Assembly (NCBI GenBank): GCA_025929365.1 | Contig: JAICMG010000003.1 | Location: forward strand, 507-64,506 | Reading direction: 5' to 3' | Source: Frankiaceae bacterium | GTDB lineage: Bacteria > Actinomycetota > Actinomycetes > JAFAQI01 | DNA length: 64,000 nt | Shown here: one piece after another, positions 28,653-37,794 of the stretch | Numbering within the stretch: position 1 is the first letter of the stretch | How the letters are laid out: each line of letters starts with the position of its first letter | Translations under genes and position numbers: made by a program | The notes under the pieces: generated by a model | What the model was told of the DNA's origin: nothing | The model's database searches: none | What the model saw: the letters and a program-made list of their open reading frames with translations, nothing else

Positions 28653-30727
28653 ATCGCGATGTCCAGGGTGTCGGCGTAGTAGTCAGCCTCGTCCAACTCT
28701 TCGTCGTCGACCTCGAGATCCGGTTCGGCAAAGCCAAGGGTGGCCTCATCCGGCTCGATCCGCCCGGTCGGTCCAGTGGACGGGGTACTCGCATCGCCGT
28801 CCAGCCCGAGCGTCCGCAGATGAAGCGCCTGCTGGAGGGCAATCCGCTTCTCGGGCCGGCCTTCTGCGGCGCCTTGGCGCCACCTTTCGACGTGCTCCTG
28901 GATGACGCGGAGGACGTCGTCGTGACGCCCGGTCTTGATCGCCACCTGCTTAGCGAAGTTGAGCGCGTCGAGCGAGAACGGTCCGCCGAGAACGTGGCGG
29001 TGCGTCCAGTCGAGCCGATGCCAGAGGTGCATTTCATCGTCGGCGTCCTGAAAGTAGACCTGGCGAATGTCGTTGGGGTCGTAGCGAATCGGCCACTTGC
29101 CCCTGTGCACACCGCCATACTTGCTCCGGGTATTGACGAGGTCTTCAAGTACCGCTCCCTGGTAGCGGAGCCCGTGCAGCTCGACTCCGTACCTCTGGAT
29201 GCTGCGCCATGCTGTCGGCAAGAAGTCGAAGGCCAGATCCCAGTCGGTCAGGATCCGCAGGTACCCGGCCTTGGTCAGGGCGTACTCGTGCATCTCCAGC
29301 GGAGAGATTGCGACGCCTGGCGCTTCGGGTATGACCAGCCCAGAGTGCGGACGTCGGTGGTAGACCTCAGCAATCCACCCTCGGATGATGGCGTCGAGCT
29401 CATGGATGAAGTAGACCGCCGTCTTCTCGACATCGAGGCCGCGGCTATAGACATCGGGCCCCTTATAACCTGGCAGGGTCTCGAGCAGATCCTCGCGGAG
29501 CGTTCGGAAGAACCGCTCAACCGGGGCCTTGTCAGTCGGCGTGTAGGGCCTTCCGGGCTGGATCGAGATGCCGAGCCGCGCACACACCGACTTCACGTGC
29601 TCTGAGATGAAGACCTTTCCGTGGTCGATCACGATTGTGTCGACCACGTCAACCGACTGCCGCTCCGTCGTGTCGTCGCTATCGATGTGAATCACGGTGT
29701 TCGGTACACCGGAGTACGGCCCCTCGCTCATCGTTGCACCAGGGTGCGGGCTTGGATGGATCGTTTCGTAAAGAACAGCGGCAACGTCCACGGCCTTCGT
29801 TGATACGGGTCGCAAGCACATGCCGACGATGCGCCTATCGCAAAGATCCATCGCGACGGTGAGCTCTGCCTCCACCCAGCGTTCGGTGATCGGGTCGATC
29901 CCGAAAACATCGAGCCGAGTCGTGTCCAGCAGGACGTACTCGCCTGGTCTGGTTGCGACGAGGCGCGAGTACATGACGCGTGGGCCGTTCGCGATCGAGC
30001 GCTTCTGCTTCGTCGAACCTCGGAAGGCATTGGTGCCCTTCGTGAGTCGGTCGAGAGCCTTGTACGCAGTCGACGTCGGCGGGCACAGCACAACGCCGGG
30101 GCCGTATTGCGTATCGAGGCGTTCCTCAACGAGCTGCAAGACACGCTTCTTGGTCGGCCTGCTCCGGTTTGTGTGCTCAGCCAGGACGGCCCGCACGGCA
30201 TCGGTCCACCTGGTGTCGATGTCACGGCCGGCGTTGCCGTTGCGTCCGCGCCGGCGATCAACGAGGCCCTCAACCCCACGATCGCGGTACAGGCGCACCC
30301 AGCGGCGAAGCGCTCGTTCCGTCATGTCGAGTTCGGTGGCCTTTGCGAGAAGGCGTTCACCCCACGGCCGCTTCGGGTCGTACTCAGGTCGGGGGTCAGT
30401 GGCATCCGGGTCATCCGGTCGGGGCAGTCCCTGGATGAGTTCGTCAAGGTGGGCGGCGCGCATGATCGCCTGCGCTTCAACCTCCGGCGGGAGATTGGAC
30501 ATCAGCGGGCCAATCCCAGCTGACTTAGGACGTGAGACAGGACTAACGGAGAAGGTCGGGTCACTGAGCAGAGTCGACGTCAAGATGACGCAACGCCGAC
30601 CCGTCCATGACTGCAGGGTCGTACGCCTGCCGTCCAAACCAACGACTTGGTACGCGTCGCCGTCGTAGTAGACGGTAACGCCGACGCTGAACGTTTGAAC
30701 CGATTCCATGGCGCGGTCACCCTTCAC
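28649..30727 (-). CDS. tnsB: TnsB/TniA-like DDE transposase (Mu-transposase/integrase core)
   Basis: 692-aa protein with an rve-like DDE core (…VLLDTTRLDV…, …IVIDHGKVFISEHV…) and a Mu-transposase C-terminal region. Confidence 0.8.
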   Translation of the reverse strand: MKGDRAMESVQTFSVGVTVYYDGDAYQVVGLDGRRTTLQSWTGRRCVILTSTLLSDPTFSVSPVSRPKSAGIGPLMSNLPPEVEAQAIMRAAHLDELIQGLPRPDDPDATDPRPEYDPKRPWGERLLAKATELDMTERALRRWVRLYRDRGVEGLVDRRRGRNGNAGRDIDTRWTDAVRAVLAEHTNRSRPTKKRVLQLVEERLDTQYGPGVVLCPPTSTAYKALDRLTKGTNAFRGSTKQKRSIANGPRVMYSRLVATRPGEYVLLDTTRLDVFGIDPITERWVEAELTVAMDLCDRRIVGMCLRPVSTKAVDVAAVLYETIHPSPHPGATMSEGPYSGVPNTVIHIDSDDTTERQSVDVVDTIVIDHGKVFISEHVKSVCARLGISIQPGRPYTPTDKAPVERFFRTLREDLLETLPGYKGPDVYSRGLDVEKTAVYFIHELDAIIRGWIAEVYHRRPHSGLVIPEAPGVAISPLEMHEYALTKAGYLRILTDWDLAFDFLPTAWRSIQRYGVELHGLRYQGAVLEDLVNTRSKYGGVHRGKWPIRYDPNDIRQVYFQDADDEMHLWHRLDWTHRHVLGGPFSLDALNFAKQVAIKTGRHDDVLRVIQEHVERWRQGAAEGRPEKRIALQQALHLRTLGLDGDASTPSTGPTGRIEPDEATLGFAEPDLEVDDEELDEADYYADTLDIAI

Positions 30728-31448
30728 GAGTTGGATTGGTCAACACGCTGGTGTGGTCGATCCAGACCGTGAGATCTGTCTGTAAGTGCTGTAGCCACAG
30801 TGCGTGCAATAGCGCCGGCCGCACGGCCGGCTTCGAGTAATCACGAGACAAGCGCGACTCAAGCGCTCCGATCGTGTCGCCGAGTTGCCACGCCTCGACC
30901 ACGCGATCGACGAGATCCGCCGACACTGATGCGCTCCGCCGATACCCGGCCAGAAATCTGACGTTCGTCGCGACGACCAGGTCGACGCCTGTCCACAACT
31001 CGTGACCCCAACCGCGGGACCCCAGCGACTCGTCGATTGCGTCAAAATCGGGACGATGAGGCGCCCGTGGTCTGCGATTCCAGTCCGGCGGCTTGACGTT
31101 GACGACAACCACCTCGCCGTTTCGACGGCGTAGCAGGTAGTCAGGAATGTGCTTACGCGGGCGCGCGTCCCGGTCTATGTACTCGAGGCAAAAAGGCTGC
31201 GCCGCGATCGCCACGACCGTCGGGTCAAAGTCGGCGAGTTGAAGCCGAAGCAGCTCAAGACGACTCTCGTAGAGCACGTGAGTGCGTGTCGTTGCGGTCC
31301 AGTACTCACCCGGATGATGGCGCTGCCCGTGATACGAGGCAGGCACCCGAATGGGAGCGCCTTCGAACAACGACGCAGTGTCGATTGTCCGTAGCAAGGC
31401 ATCCACAATCTCGCCCCGCGAGTCCCGGTATCTGATCTTCGTGTCCAT
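30717..31448 (-). CDS. tnsA: TnsA-like endonuclease
   Basis: TnsA N-terminal endonuclease motifs YESRLELLRL... and HIPDYLLRRRNGEVVVVNVKP (E/D/K catalytic triad). Confidence 0.75.
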   Translation of the reverse strand: MDTKIRYRDSRGEIVDALLRTIDTASLFEGAPIRVPASYHGQRHHPGEYWTATTRTHVLYESRLELLRLQLADFDPTVVAIAAQPFCLEYIDRDARPRKHIPDYLLRRRNGEVVVVNVKPPDWNRRPRAPHRPDFDAIDESLGSRGWGHELWTGVDLVVATNVRFLAGYRRSASVSADLVDRVVEAWQLGDTIGALESRLSRDYSKPAVRPALLHALWLQHLQTDLTVWIDHTSVLTNPTREG

Positions 31449-31639
31449 TCCAAACCTCCGTGATGGCCGTAGCGTTTATGCCAAACACGGACGTTAGATT
31501 GGGGTCTGGACCAAGCGTTTGTGCGCATTGAAAGTCCGGCGTGTCGCGCCATCGCGACACAGAAGATCCGGCGACCACCGACAAAACCGGCGACGACACA
31601 ACTACGGTTACGGGGCGAATCCCGAAGAGGAGGTAGGGC

Positions 31640-32092
31640 GTGCCCAAGCCGCGACGGCCTCTGCCAAGAGACCTCGTTCGTGGGTCATGGCCAAACGGCG
31701 TCCCGATCGACCCCGCGAGCGGAATCGCGATGCTGCAATCATTTGTAAGTCGCATTCGCGAGGAGACCTCCGGCATGTCTTCTCGCGCCGTCGGGGACGC
31801 AATCGGCGTACCTGCCTCGACGATCATCCGGATCTTCACGGGGACTGGCTGGCCCGATTGGTACACCTGGACTCAGCTGGAGTTGAAATTCGGTGCCTTG
31901 GCCCCGAACAAGCCAAGCACGGCCGGAACGTGCTGCGCGCTCAGATCAGCGACCGGCGAGGACGGCCGCTGCGGTCTGCAAGACATCAATGGCCGTCGGC
32001 CACTCAGGCGAACCACGACCGAGGTACAGGCCGCAGCGACCATGCCCTCCCGAAAAGGGCGAAAGAAGCCGGAAGGCGCGCGCTCGTCATAG
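31640..32092 (+). CDS. XRE/Cro-like HTH protein inside the transposon right end
   Basis: Strong RBS aagaggagg, then GTG at 31640. HTH segment MSSRAVGDAIGVPASTIIRIFTG. The C-terminal part is low complexity. Confidence 0.45.
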   Translation: MPKPRRPLPRDLVRGSWPNGVPIDPASGIAMLQSFVSRIREETSGMSSRAVGDAIGVPASTIIRIFTGTGWPDWYTWTQLELKFGALAPNKPSTAGTCCALRSATGEDGRCGLQDINGRRPLRRTTTEVQAAATMPSRKGRKKPEGARSS

Positions 32093-32164
32093 GCACGGAT
32101 ATCCGTGGAGGCCGGCCAACTGCCCGAGAACGCGGACAAGTAGCGGACATGCACGGCGAGATAC

Positions 32165-32188
32165 GGACAGGTTCCTCGGGAACCTACA
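32165..32188. repeat. Tn7-like right-end terminal inverted repeat; three subterminal CGGACA(A/T/G)G repeats at 32128-32170 are candidate TnsB-binding sites
   Basis: Read directly from the sequence. Confidence 0.8.
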
Positions 32189-32195
32189 CGTTCCC

Positions 32196-34781
32196 CTAGT
32201 TGTGCGGCATGTCGACGAAACGGGAGTAGTGCAGCTGCGAGGAGACGACGACGTCTTTCGTCGGACCGTTTCGGTGCTTGGCCACGATCAGGTCCGCCTC
32301 GCCGGCGCGCGGTGACTCCTTCTCGTAGTAGTCGTCGCGGTGGAGCAGGATCACCATGTCGGCGTCCTGCTCGATCGCGCCGGACTCGCGAAGGTCGGAC
32401 AACTGCGGGCGCTTGTCCGACCGCTGCTCGGCACCACGGTTCAGCTGGCTGACCGCAACGACCGGTACGGCCAGCTCCTTTGCGAGCAGTTTGAGCGACC
32501 TGCTCATCTCCGCGACTTCCTGCTGTCGGTTCTCCACGCGCTTCGGGCTGGTCATCAGCTGCAGGTAGTCAACCGCGACCAACCTCAGGTCGTGGCGCTG
32601 CTTGAGCCGACGCGCTTTGGCGCGGATCTCCATCATGTTCATGTTCGGCGAATCGTCGATGAACATCGGTGCCGAGGCAACCTCACCCATACGACGGGCC
32701 AGCTTGTTCCAGTCGTCGTCGTTGAGCGAACCAGTTCGGATCCTCGTCAGCGGAATCCGGGCTTCGGCCGCGAGCAGCCGCATGGTGATCTCGCTCTTCC
32801 CCATTTCCAGCGAGAACAGAACCGCCGCCTGACCGTGACCGATGCTTGCACTGCGGAGAAAGTCCATCGCGAGCGTGCTGTTGTGCGTCGGTATCAATGA
32901 TCGACCGGCGAGATACATGTGGTCGGCGTTATCGATCTGAACGCACCTGACCGGCACCGATTCGACCTTGCGCACCTGAGTGATGAAGCGCGTCGAGGCG
33001 CGGTGATTCGGCCGACGCCGCCGTTCCTTGTGAGCGAGTCGCTTGCGCTCGAGTGCGAACACCTCGCCCTCAGTGGTGAACGTCAGCGTGTAGGCGATTG
33101 AAGACGCAGCGGTGCGTCCCTTGACCTTCTTCTCGAACACGGCGCAGCGGTACCCGAGACTGACGATGAGTTCGCGGACGTCATCGGCGAGCCGTCGACT
33201 CGTCGAGGTGAACTGCACCGAGCCGCTGTGCATCACGGTCCCGTCAGTGTCGAGGAGGCCCGCTAGGAGGCTGCGGCGCTGCGCCTCGGACGCACGGAGG
33301 TACGCCACCGGAATGTGCTTGTTGCCCAGCACGCCGAGCGTCCGCAGCTGGCCCTTGAAAGTCCCGTACGCGGACCAGCATGGTCGGCACAAGCCGTAAC
33401 CGGTCGACGCCGGGCCGCCGCAACGTGGACACGTGGGCGCTGGCACGGAGCCGCTCGTCATCGGGGCCTTCCCACCACACGATCTGCCACACGTCCGAAC
33501 CTGAGTCGTCCGGGGCAGGAAGACCTTCCCGCACACAGCGCACGTCTTCTGGCTGGTCACCGGCTCGCCGTGCAAGCGGACCGAGTACTGAAGCCTTCCG
33601 GCGAGCTTGGTGACGTGGTAGCCCTCGGCCTCTATGTACATCGCGATCTCCGGATCGGCTGATGTGTAGCGGCCACCCGCACTATGGCCGTCGCCGAGCC
33701 AGACGCCAAGCGTGTACGGGGCGATCAAGAGATCATCGCGATGAGGAAGTTCGAGCGGTTCCGCCACCGCGACGGCATGGTTCAGCCGACGATCCGCGGT
33801 GGGGCAGTGGACGGTGGCGGCGATCTCACCCGTTGTGCAGACTGCGGAGCCAGTGGAACGAGGCAGGCCCTCCTCCTGAGCCGCCCGGCGCGACCGGCGG
33901 GTCTGCGTCAGCCATTGGTGCTGCTCGTCGGCGACGATGACCGTGCCGTCGTCGAAATGCACCTCGTAGCAGGGCCGGTCCGTCATGACCTCGGTCGCAG
34001 CAACAACTCTCGTCGGACGTCCGTCGGCGCCGATCAGGACGTCGCCGACCGCGACCTCGCCCATCGTCGTCCAGCCCGTGGGCGTCGCCAGCGGAGTATC
34101 GAGTGCCAGCGCCTTGCCCTGCCCGGGACGTCCGGCGACGACGATGAGCTGGCCGTCGTGCAAGCCGTTGGTCAGCTCGTCGAGGTCGCGGAAGCCGGTC
34201 GGCACTCCGAACAGCTCGCCGCCACGGTTTCCGATCGCCTCGATCTCGTTGTACGTCGCCCACATCGCGGCCTCGAGCCCGATGTAGTCCTCGCTGGTCC
34301 GCCGCTCGACCACCTCGTAGACGGCCTGCTGCGCGCGGTCGACAACGTCGTCGACCTCTCCGCCCATGCCGCTCGCCGCGCCGTACCCGAGCTGCACCAC
34401 CTTCGTGCCGGCCTCGACGAGCCGCCGCAGAATCGCACGCTCGCGGATGATCTCCGCGTAGTAGCCGGCGTTGGCGGCGGTCGGAACCGACGCGATCAAC
34501 GTGTGGAGATACGGCGCGCCGCCGATCCGCTCGAGCGATCCGCCACGGGTCAGCTCGGCGGCGACGGTCACCGGGTCGGCCGGCTCACCCTTGCCGTACA
34601 GCTCGAGGATCGCGTCGTACACGATCTGATGCGCCGGGCGGTAGAAGTCGGTGGGCCGCAGCACCTCGACGACGTCGGCGATCGCGTCCTTCGACAGCAG
34701 CATGCCGCCGAGCGCGCACTGCTCCGCCGCGATGTCCTGCGGCGGCGTGCGGTCCAGCTCGATGTTTCCGCCGCTCGGCAT
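32196..34781 (-). CDS. dnaB: Replicative DNA helicase DnaB, interrupted by an intein in the P-loop
   Basis: N-terminal ...PPQDIAAEQCALGGMLL. The Walker A GRPGQGK|...|STLAMDF is split by a 411-aa insertion. The C-terminal RecA-like domain is intact. ATG at 34781. Confidence 0.9.
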   Translation of the reverse strand: MPSGGNIELDRTPPQDIAAEQCALGGMLLSKDAIADVVEVLRPTDFYRPAHQIVYDAILELYGKGEPADPVTVAAELTRGGSLERIGGAPYLHTLIASVPTAANAGYYAEIIRERAILRRLVEAGTKVVQLGYGAASGMGGEVDDVVDRAQQAVYEVVERRTSEDYIGLEAAMWATYNEIEAIGNRGGELFGVPTGFRDLDELTNGLHDGQLIVVAGRPGQGKALALDTPLATPTGWTTMGEVAVGDVLIGADGRPTRVVAATEVMTDRPCYEVHFDDGTVIVADEQHQWLTQTRRSRRAAQEEGLPRSTGSAVCTTGEIAATVHCPTADRRLNHAVAVAEPLELPHRDDLLIAPYTLGVWLGDGHSAGGRYTSADPEIAMYIEAEGYHVTKLAGRLQYSVRLHGEPVTSQKTCAVCGKVFLPRTTQVRTCGRSCGGKAPMTSGSVPAPTCPRCGGPASTGYGLCRPCWSAYGTFKGQLRTLGVLGNKHIPVAYLRASEAQRRSLLAGLLDTDGTVMHSGSVQFTSTSRRLADDVRELIVSLGYRCAVFEKKVKGRTAASSIAYTLTFTTEGEVFALERKRLAHKERRRRPNHRASTRFITQVRKVESVPVRCVQIDNADHMYLAGRSLIPTHNSTLAMDFLRSASIGHGQAAVLFSLEMGKSEITMRLLAAEARIPLTRIRTGSLNDDDWNKLARRMGEVASAPMFIDDSPNMNMMEIRAKARRLKQRHDLRLVAVDYLQLMTSPKRVENRQQEVAEMSRSLKLLAKELAVPVVAVSQLNRGAEQRSDKRPQLSDLRESGAIEQDADMVILLHRDDYYEKESPRAGEADLIVAKHRNGPTKDVVVSSQLHYSRFVDMPHN
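32880..34112 (-). other. DnaB intein (Ala1, C-terminal HN, +1 Ser; class-3-like) with a LAGLIDADG homing-endonuclease domain and a Cys4 zinc ribbon
   Basis: The intein spans ALALDTPL...LIPTHN. Splicing would restore GRPGQGKSTLAM. LAGLIDADG motifs are LGVWLGDGHS and LLAGLLDTDGTV. Trp-67, Cys-390 (block F) and Thr-409 fit a WCT triad. Cysteine clusters are CAVCGK...CGRSCGG and CPRCGG...CRPC. Confidence 0.8.
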
Positions 34782-35164
34782 CGGTACGACTTCGCCGATG
34801 CTCACGCCGTCGACCCTCCCGATTACCCCGTGTGACGTCAGCCAAGGACAGCAGCCCCCACCGACAGTCCGTGACGCTAAGCGGCGAAGCGGCCCAACTC
34901 CACGCTCGGGCCGGACGGATCGCCCGGCGCTGTGGGGAGGGTTGTGGGCGGGATGTGAACAACCCGCGATTCGCGGTGCACAGCCTCTGGACAGCGCCGT
35001 GGATAACACCGGTGACCAACCCGCGACACACCCTCTGACCTGCAAAAACGGTCATCCACGGGTGTGGGGCGCAAAAACCTGCCGAGCAAACCCGCAATGA
35101 ACGGCGCATGGCCGCCGTTCGTGGCACGTGGCGCTGGCTGGTTGCGTCCCGACGCCGGTATCGC

Positions 35165-35237
35165 ATGTCACATAGGGGTCGCGACTCACCACCCCTATGT
35201 GACATGGGTGCGCGATGTCACAACACGCATGTGACAT
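35165..35237. repeat. Cluster of ATGTCACA-based inverted repeats in the rplI-dnaB intergenic region (dnaB leader)
   Basis: IR1 is ATGTCACATAGGGGT-n11-ACCCCTATGTGACAT, a 15-bp perfect palindrome at 35165-35205. IR2 is ATGTCACA-n7-TGTGACAT at 35215-35237. Confidence 0.8.
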
Positions 35238-35247
35238 GCGAACCGGC

Positions 35248-35697
35248 CTAAGACGCGACGACCTCGATGTCCAGGGCCGCGACAACCTCCGGGTGCAACC
35301 GGACCGACACCGAGTGGGTGCCGACGTTCTTGATGTGCGCGCTCGGCAGCTCGACGCGGCGCTTGTCGAGCTTCGGCCCGCCGGCAGCGGCCACGGCATC
35401 GACGACGTCGGTCGTCGTCACCGAGCCGAACAGCCGGCCGCCTTCGCCCGCCTTCGAGGACAGCTTCACCGAAAGACCCGCCAGCGTCTCCGCGATCGCC
35501 TTCGCCTCGCCGAGGTCCTTGACCTCGCGGACGTCACGGCCGCGGCGCAGCGCCGCGACCTGGCTCTCGCCGCCCTTGGTCCAGCGGATGGCAAGGCCGC
35601 GCGGCACGAGGAAGTTGCGGCCGTAGCCGTCCTTGACCTCGACGACGTCGCCGGGGCTGCCGAGCCCCGACACTTCCTGAGTGAGGATGAGCTTCAT
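35248..35697 (-). CDS. rplI: 50S ribosomal protein L9
   Basis: [33 protein letters not shown] at 35697. Confidence 0.9.
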   Translation of the reverse strand: MKLILTQEVSGLGSPGDVVEVKDGYGRNFLVPRGLAIRWTKGGESQVAALRRGRDVREVKDLGEAKAIAETLAGLSVKLSSKAGEGGRLFGSVTTTDVVDAVAAAGGPKLDKRRVELPSAHIKNVGTHSVSVRLHPEVVAALDIEVVAS

Positions 35698-35705
35698 CGC
35701 GTGTC

Positions 35706-35942
35706 CTATCGGGCCGTGCTCGTGTAAGGCAGCAGCGCCATCTCGCGGGAGTTCTTCACCGCGATCGCGACGTCGCGCTGATGCTGCGCGCAGTTGCCGG
35801 TGACGCGCCGCGCGCGAATCTTGCCGCGATCGGAGATGAACTTCCGCAACAGCGCGGTGTCCTTGTAGTCGATGTAGGCGGTCTTGTCCTTGCAGAAGCC
35901 GCAAACCTTCTTCTTCGGCTTGCGGGCGATCGGCTTAGGCAT
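35706..35942 (-). CDS. rpsR: 30S ribosomal protein S18
   Basis: [28 protein letters not shown]... Confidence 0.9.
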   Translation of the reverse strand: MPKPIARKPKKKVCGFCKDKTAYIDYKDTALLRKFISDRGKIRARRVTGNCAQHQRDVAIAVKNSREMALLPYTSTAR

Positions 35943-36027
35943 TGCTCACGTGCTCCAGTCGTCTCGTTCGGGAAGTTGTCCGCGTCTCAGCGCGCGACAG
36001 CGAGCGCAGTCACGGACAAGTGGTCAG

Positions 36028-36528
36028 CTAGAAAGGCGGCTCGTCGGACATGCCGCCGCCGCTAGGCGCGGGCGTGGCCCATGGGTCGTCGTCGGCAGCG
36101 CCCCCGCCGTACGACGCACCGCCACCGCCACCGCCACCGCCACCACCGCCGCCGCCGCCGCGCGTGGCCTTCGTGACCTTCGCGGTCGCGTAGCGCAAGG
36201 AGGGGCCCACCTCGTCGACGTCGAGCTCGACAACGGTGCGCTTCTCGCCTTCCTTGGTCTCGAAGCTGCGCTGCTTGAGGCGGCCGGTCACGATGACGCG
36301 GGCGCCGCGAGTCAGCGACTCGGCGACGTTCTCTGCCGCCTGCCGCCACACGCTGCAGCGAAGGAACAGCGCGTCGCCGTCCTTCCACTCATTGGTGGCC
36401 TTGTCGAGGATCCGCGGAGTCGAGGCGACCGTGAAGGACGCGACCGCGGCACCGCTCGGGGTGAAGCGCAGCTCAGGGTCGTTGGTGAGGTTTCCCACCA
36501 CCGTGACCGTGACATCGCCGGCTGCCAT
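36028..36528 (-). CDS. ssb: Single-stranded DNA-binding protein
   Basis: OB fold, a 14-Gly linker and an acidic tail DDDPW...DEPPF. Confidence 0.9.
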   Translation of the reverse strand: MAAGDVTVTVVGNLTNDPELRFTPSGAAVASFTVASTPRILDKATNEWKDGDALFLRCSVWRQAAENVAESLTRGARVIVTGRLKQRSFETKEGEKRTVVELDVDEVGPSLRYATAKVTKATRGGGGGGGGGGGGGGASYGGGAADDDPWATPAPSGGGMSDEPPF

Positions 36529-36534
36529 CGCCGG

Positions 36535-36825
36535 CTACCGCATGTCCGGCCGCAGCACCTTGGTGCGCAGCACGGCCTCGTTGAGGTTGAGCTGACGGTC
36601 GAGCTCCTTGACCGCCGCCGGGTCGGCCGTCAGGTCGATCACGGCATAGATGCCCTCGACCTTGTGACCGATCTCGTAGGCGAGCCGCCGACGGCCCCAC
36701 ACGTCGAGCTTGTCCACGGTGCCGCCGGCCTGGCGGATCACACCGAGGAACTGTTCGAGTGAAGGCTGGACGGTTCGCTCCTCGAGATCAGGGTCGAGGA
36801 TGACCATCAGTTCGTAGTGACGCAT
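36535..36825 (-). CDS. rpsF: 30S ribosomal protein S6
   Basis: [16 protein letters not shown]... ATG at 36825. Confidence 0.9.
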   Translation of the reverse strand: MRHYELMVILDPDLEERTVQPSLEQFLGVIRQAGGTVDKLDVWGRRRLAYEIGHKVEGIYAVIDLTADPAAVKELDRQLNLNEAVLRTKVLRPDMR

Positions 36826-36982
36826 GCGTGCAACCCACCTCCTCTGGACTCGATGCTCGCCACCGGGGTGGTGGCAAGGCGGCCACGGCACTCGCTCGTC
36901 GCCGAAACCGGTCTGAGCGTCGAATGTCGTGGCAGGAGGTTGCTCTGCGTCGAGCGCCGACCAGGCTAGCAGCGCGTGGCGT

Positions 36983-37771
36983 CTAGACCGTAGGCCGAAG
37001 CCGGCGAGGCCGGGCCGCGGCGTCCACAGCCGGAGCCGCGATGAGGACGGTCCGCCCGTACGCGGAGGCGAGACCGAGCAGCATGACGACCGCGACCGCC
37101 GCCGGCAGCCCGCGGCCGGAGCGGCCGGCGGGCTCGAGCACGGTGGAGGTGTACCGGGGGTCCGAGGACTTCACCCGTGGTGCGACGACCGGGTGGCTCG
37201 CGGCCGGCGGTGCGCTCGAGTCGCCGTGGGGCAGCGACGGCAGCGCGGGCAGGACGGCGACCGCACCGCTGGTCTGCACCGGCTGCACCGGTTGCGCCGT
37301 CGCCACCGAGTACGCGCCGACCGTCGAGACCGGCGCCGGCGACGGGGCCGAGCCGCTCGGCGGCGGGACGTACGTCGAGGTCGTCGGAGCGACCGTCGGC
37401 TGCGAGCTCGCCGACTCCACCTCGATGCGGCCGTGTCCGGTGCGCACCCCGTCGGTCGCCGTCACCGTCGCCGACTTGTGGGCGATGTAGCTCGACGACG
37501 CCGAGGCGGGGGTCCGCGCCGGAAGCCGTTCCGAGTACGACGAGCCCGACACCGTCACCGTCACCGTCACATCGGTCAGGTTCGCGAACCGCACGCACGC
37601 GCCAGAGGTGACGATGACCGACGACACGTCGAAGTCGATCCCCTGACCCTGCGAGATCGTGATCGCGCTACACGACTGCGCCGATGCAGTGCTCGCTGTC
37701 ACGAGCTCCACGACGCCCGTCGAAAGGGCGAGCAGCAGCGCTGCGCCGGCGAGCCTGTGGGCACGGGTCAC
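36983..37771 (-). CDS. Hypothetical secreted protein with a C-terminal membrane anchor
   Basis: Signal peptide [31 protein letters not shown], a Ser/Thr/Pro-rich middle region and a C-terminal TM helix. GTG start ~37771. Confidence 0.45.
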   Translation of the reverse strand: MTRAHRLAGAALLLALSTGVVELVTASTASAQSCSAITISQGQGIDFDVSSVIVTSGACVRFANLTDVTVTVTVSGSSYSERLPARTPASASSSYIAHKSATVTATDGVRTGHGRIEVESASSQPTVAPTTSTYVPPPSGSAPSPAPVSTVGAYSVATAQPVQPVQTSGAVAVLPALPSLPHGDSSAPPAASHPVVAPRVKSSDPRYTSTVLEPAGRSGRGLPAAVAVVMLLGLASAYGRTVLIAAPAVDAAARPRRLRPTV

Positions 37772-37794
37772 CTGTCCATGGTGCCAAGTGCCGC

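Larger units (their letters stand above)
24450..32188 (-). mobile_element. Tn7-like transposon (tnsA-tnsB-tnsC') with cargo; 24-bp imperfect TIRs and 5-bp TSD CGTTC; inserted just downstream of dnaB
   Basis: The left end TGTAGGAACCGACTGGACTTGTCC (24450-24473) matches the reverse complement of the right end TGTAGGTTCCCGAGGAACCTGTCC (32165-32188). The direct repeat CGTTC flanks it at 24445-24449 and 32189-32193. The tnsA, tnsB and tnsC genes lie inside. Confidence 0.85.
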
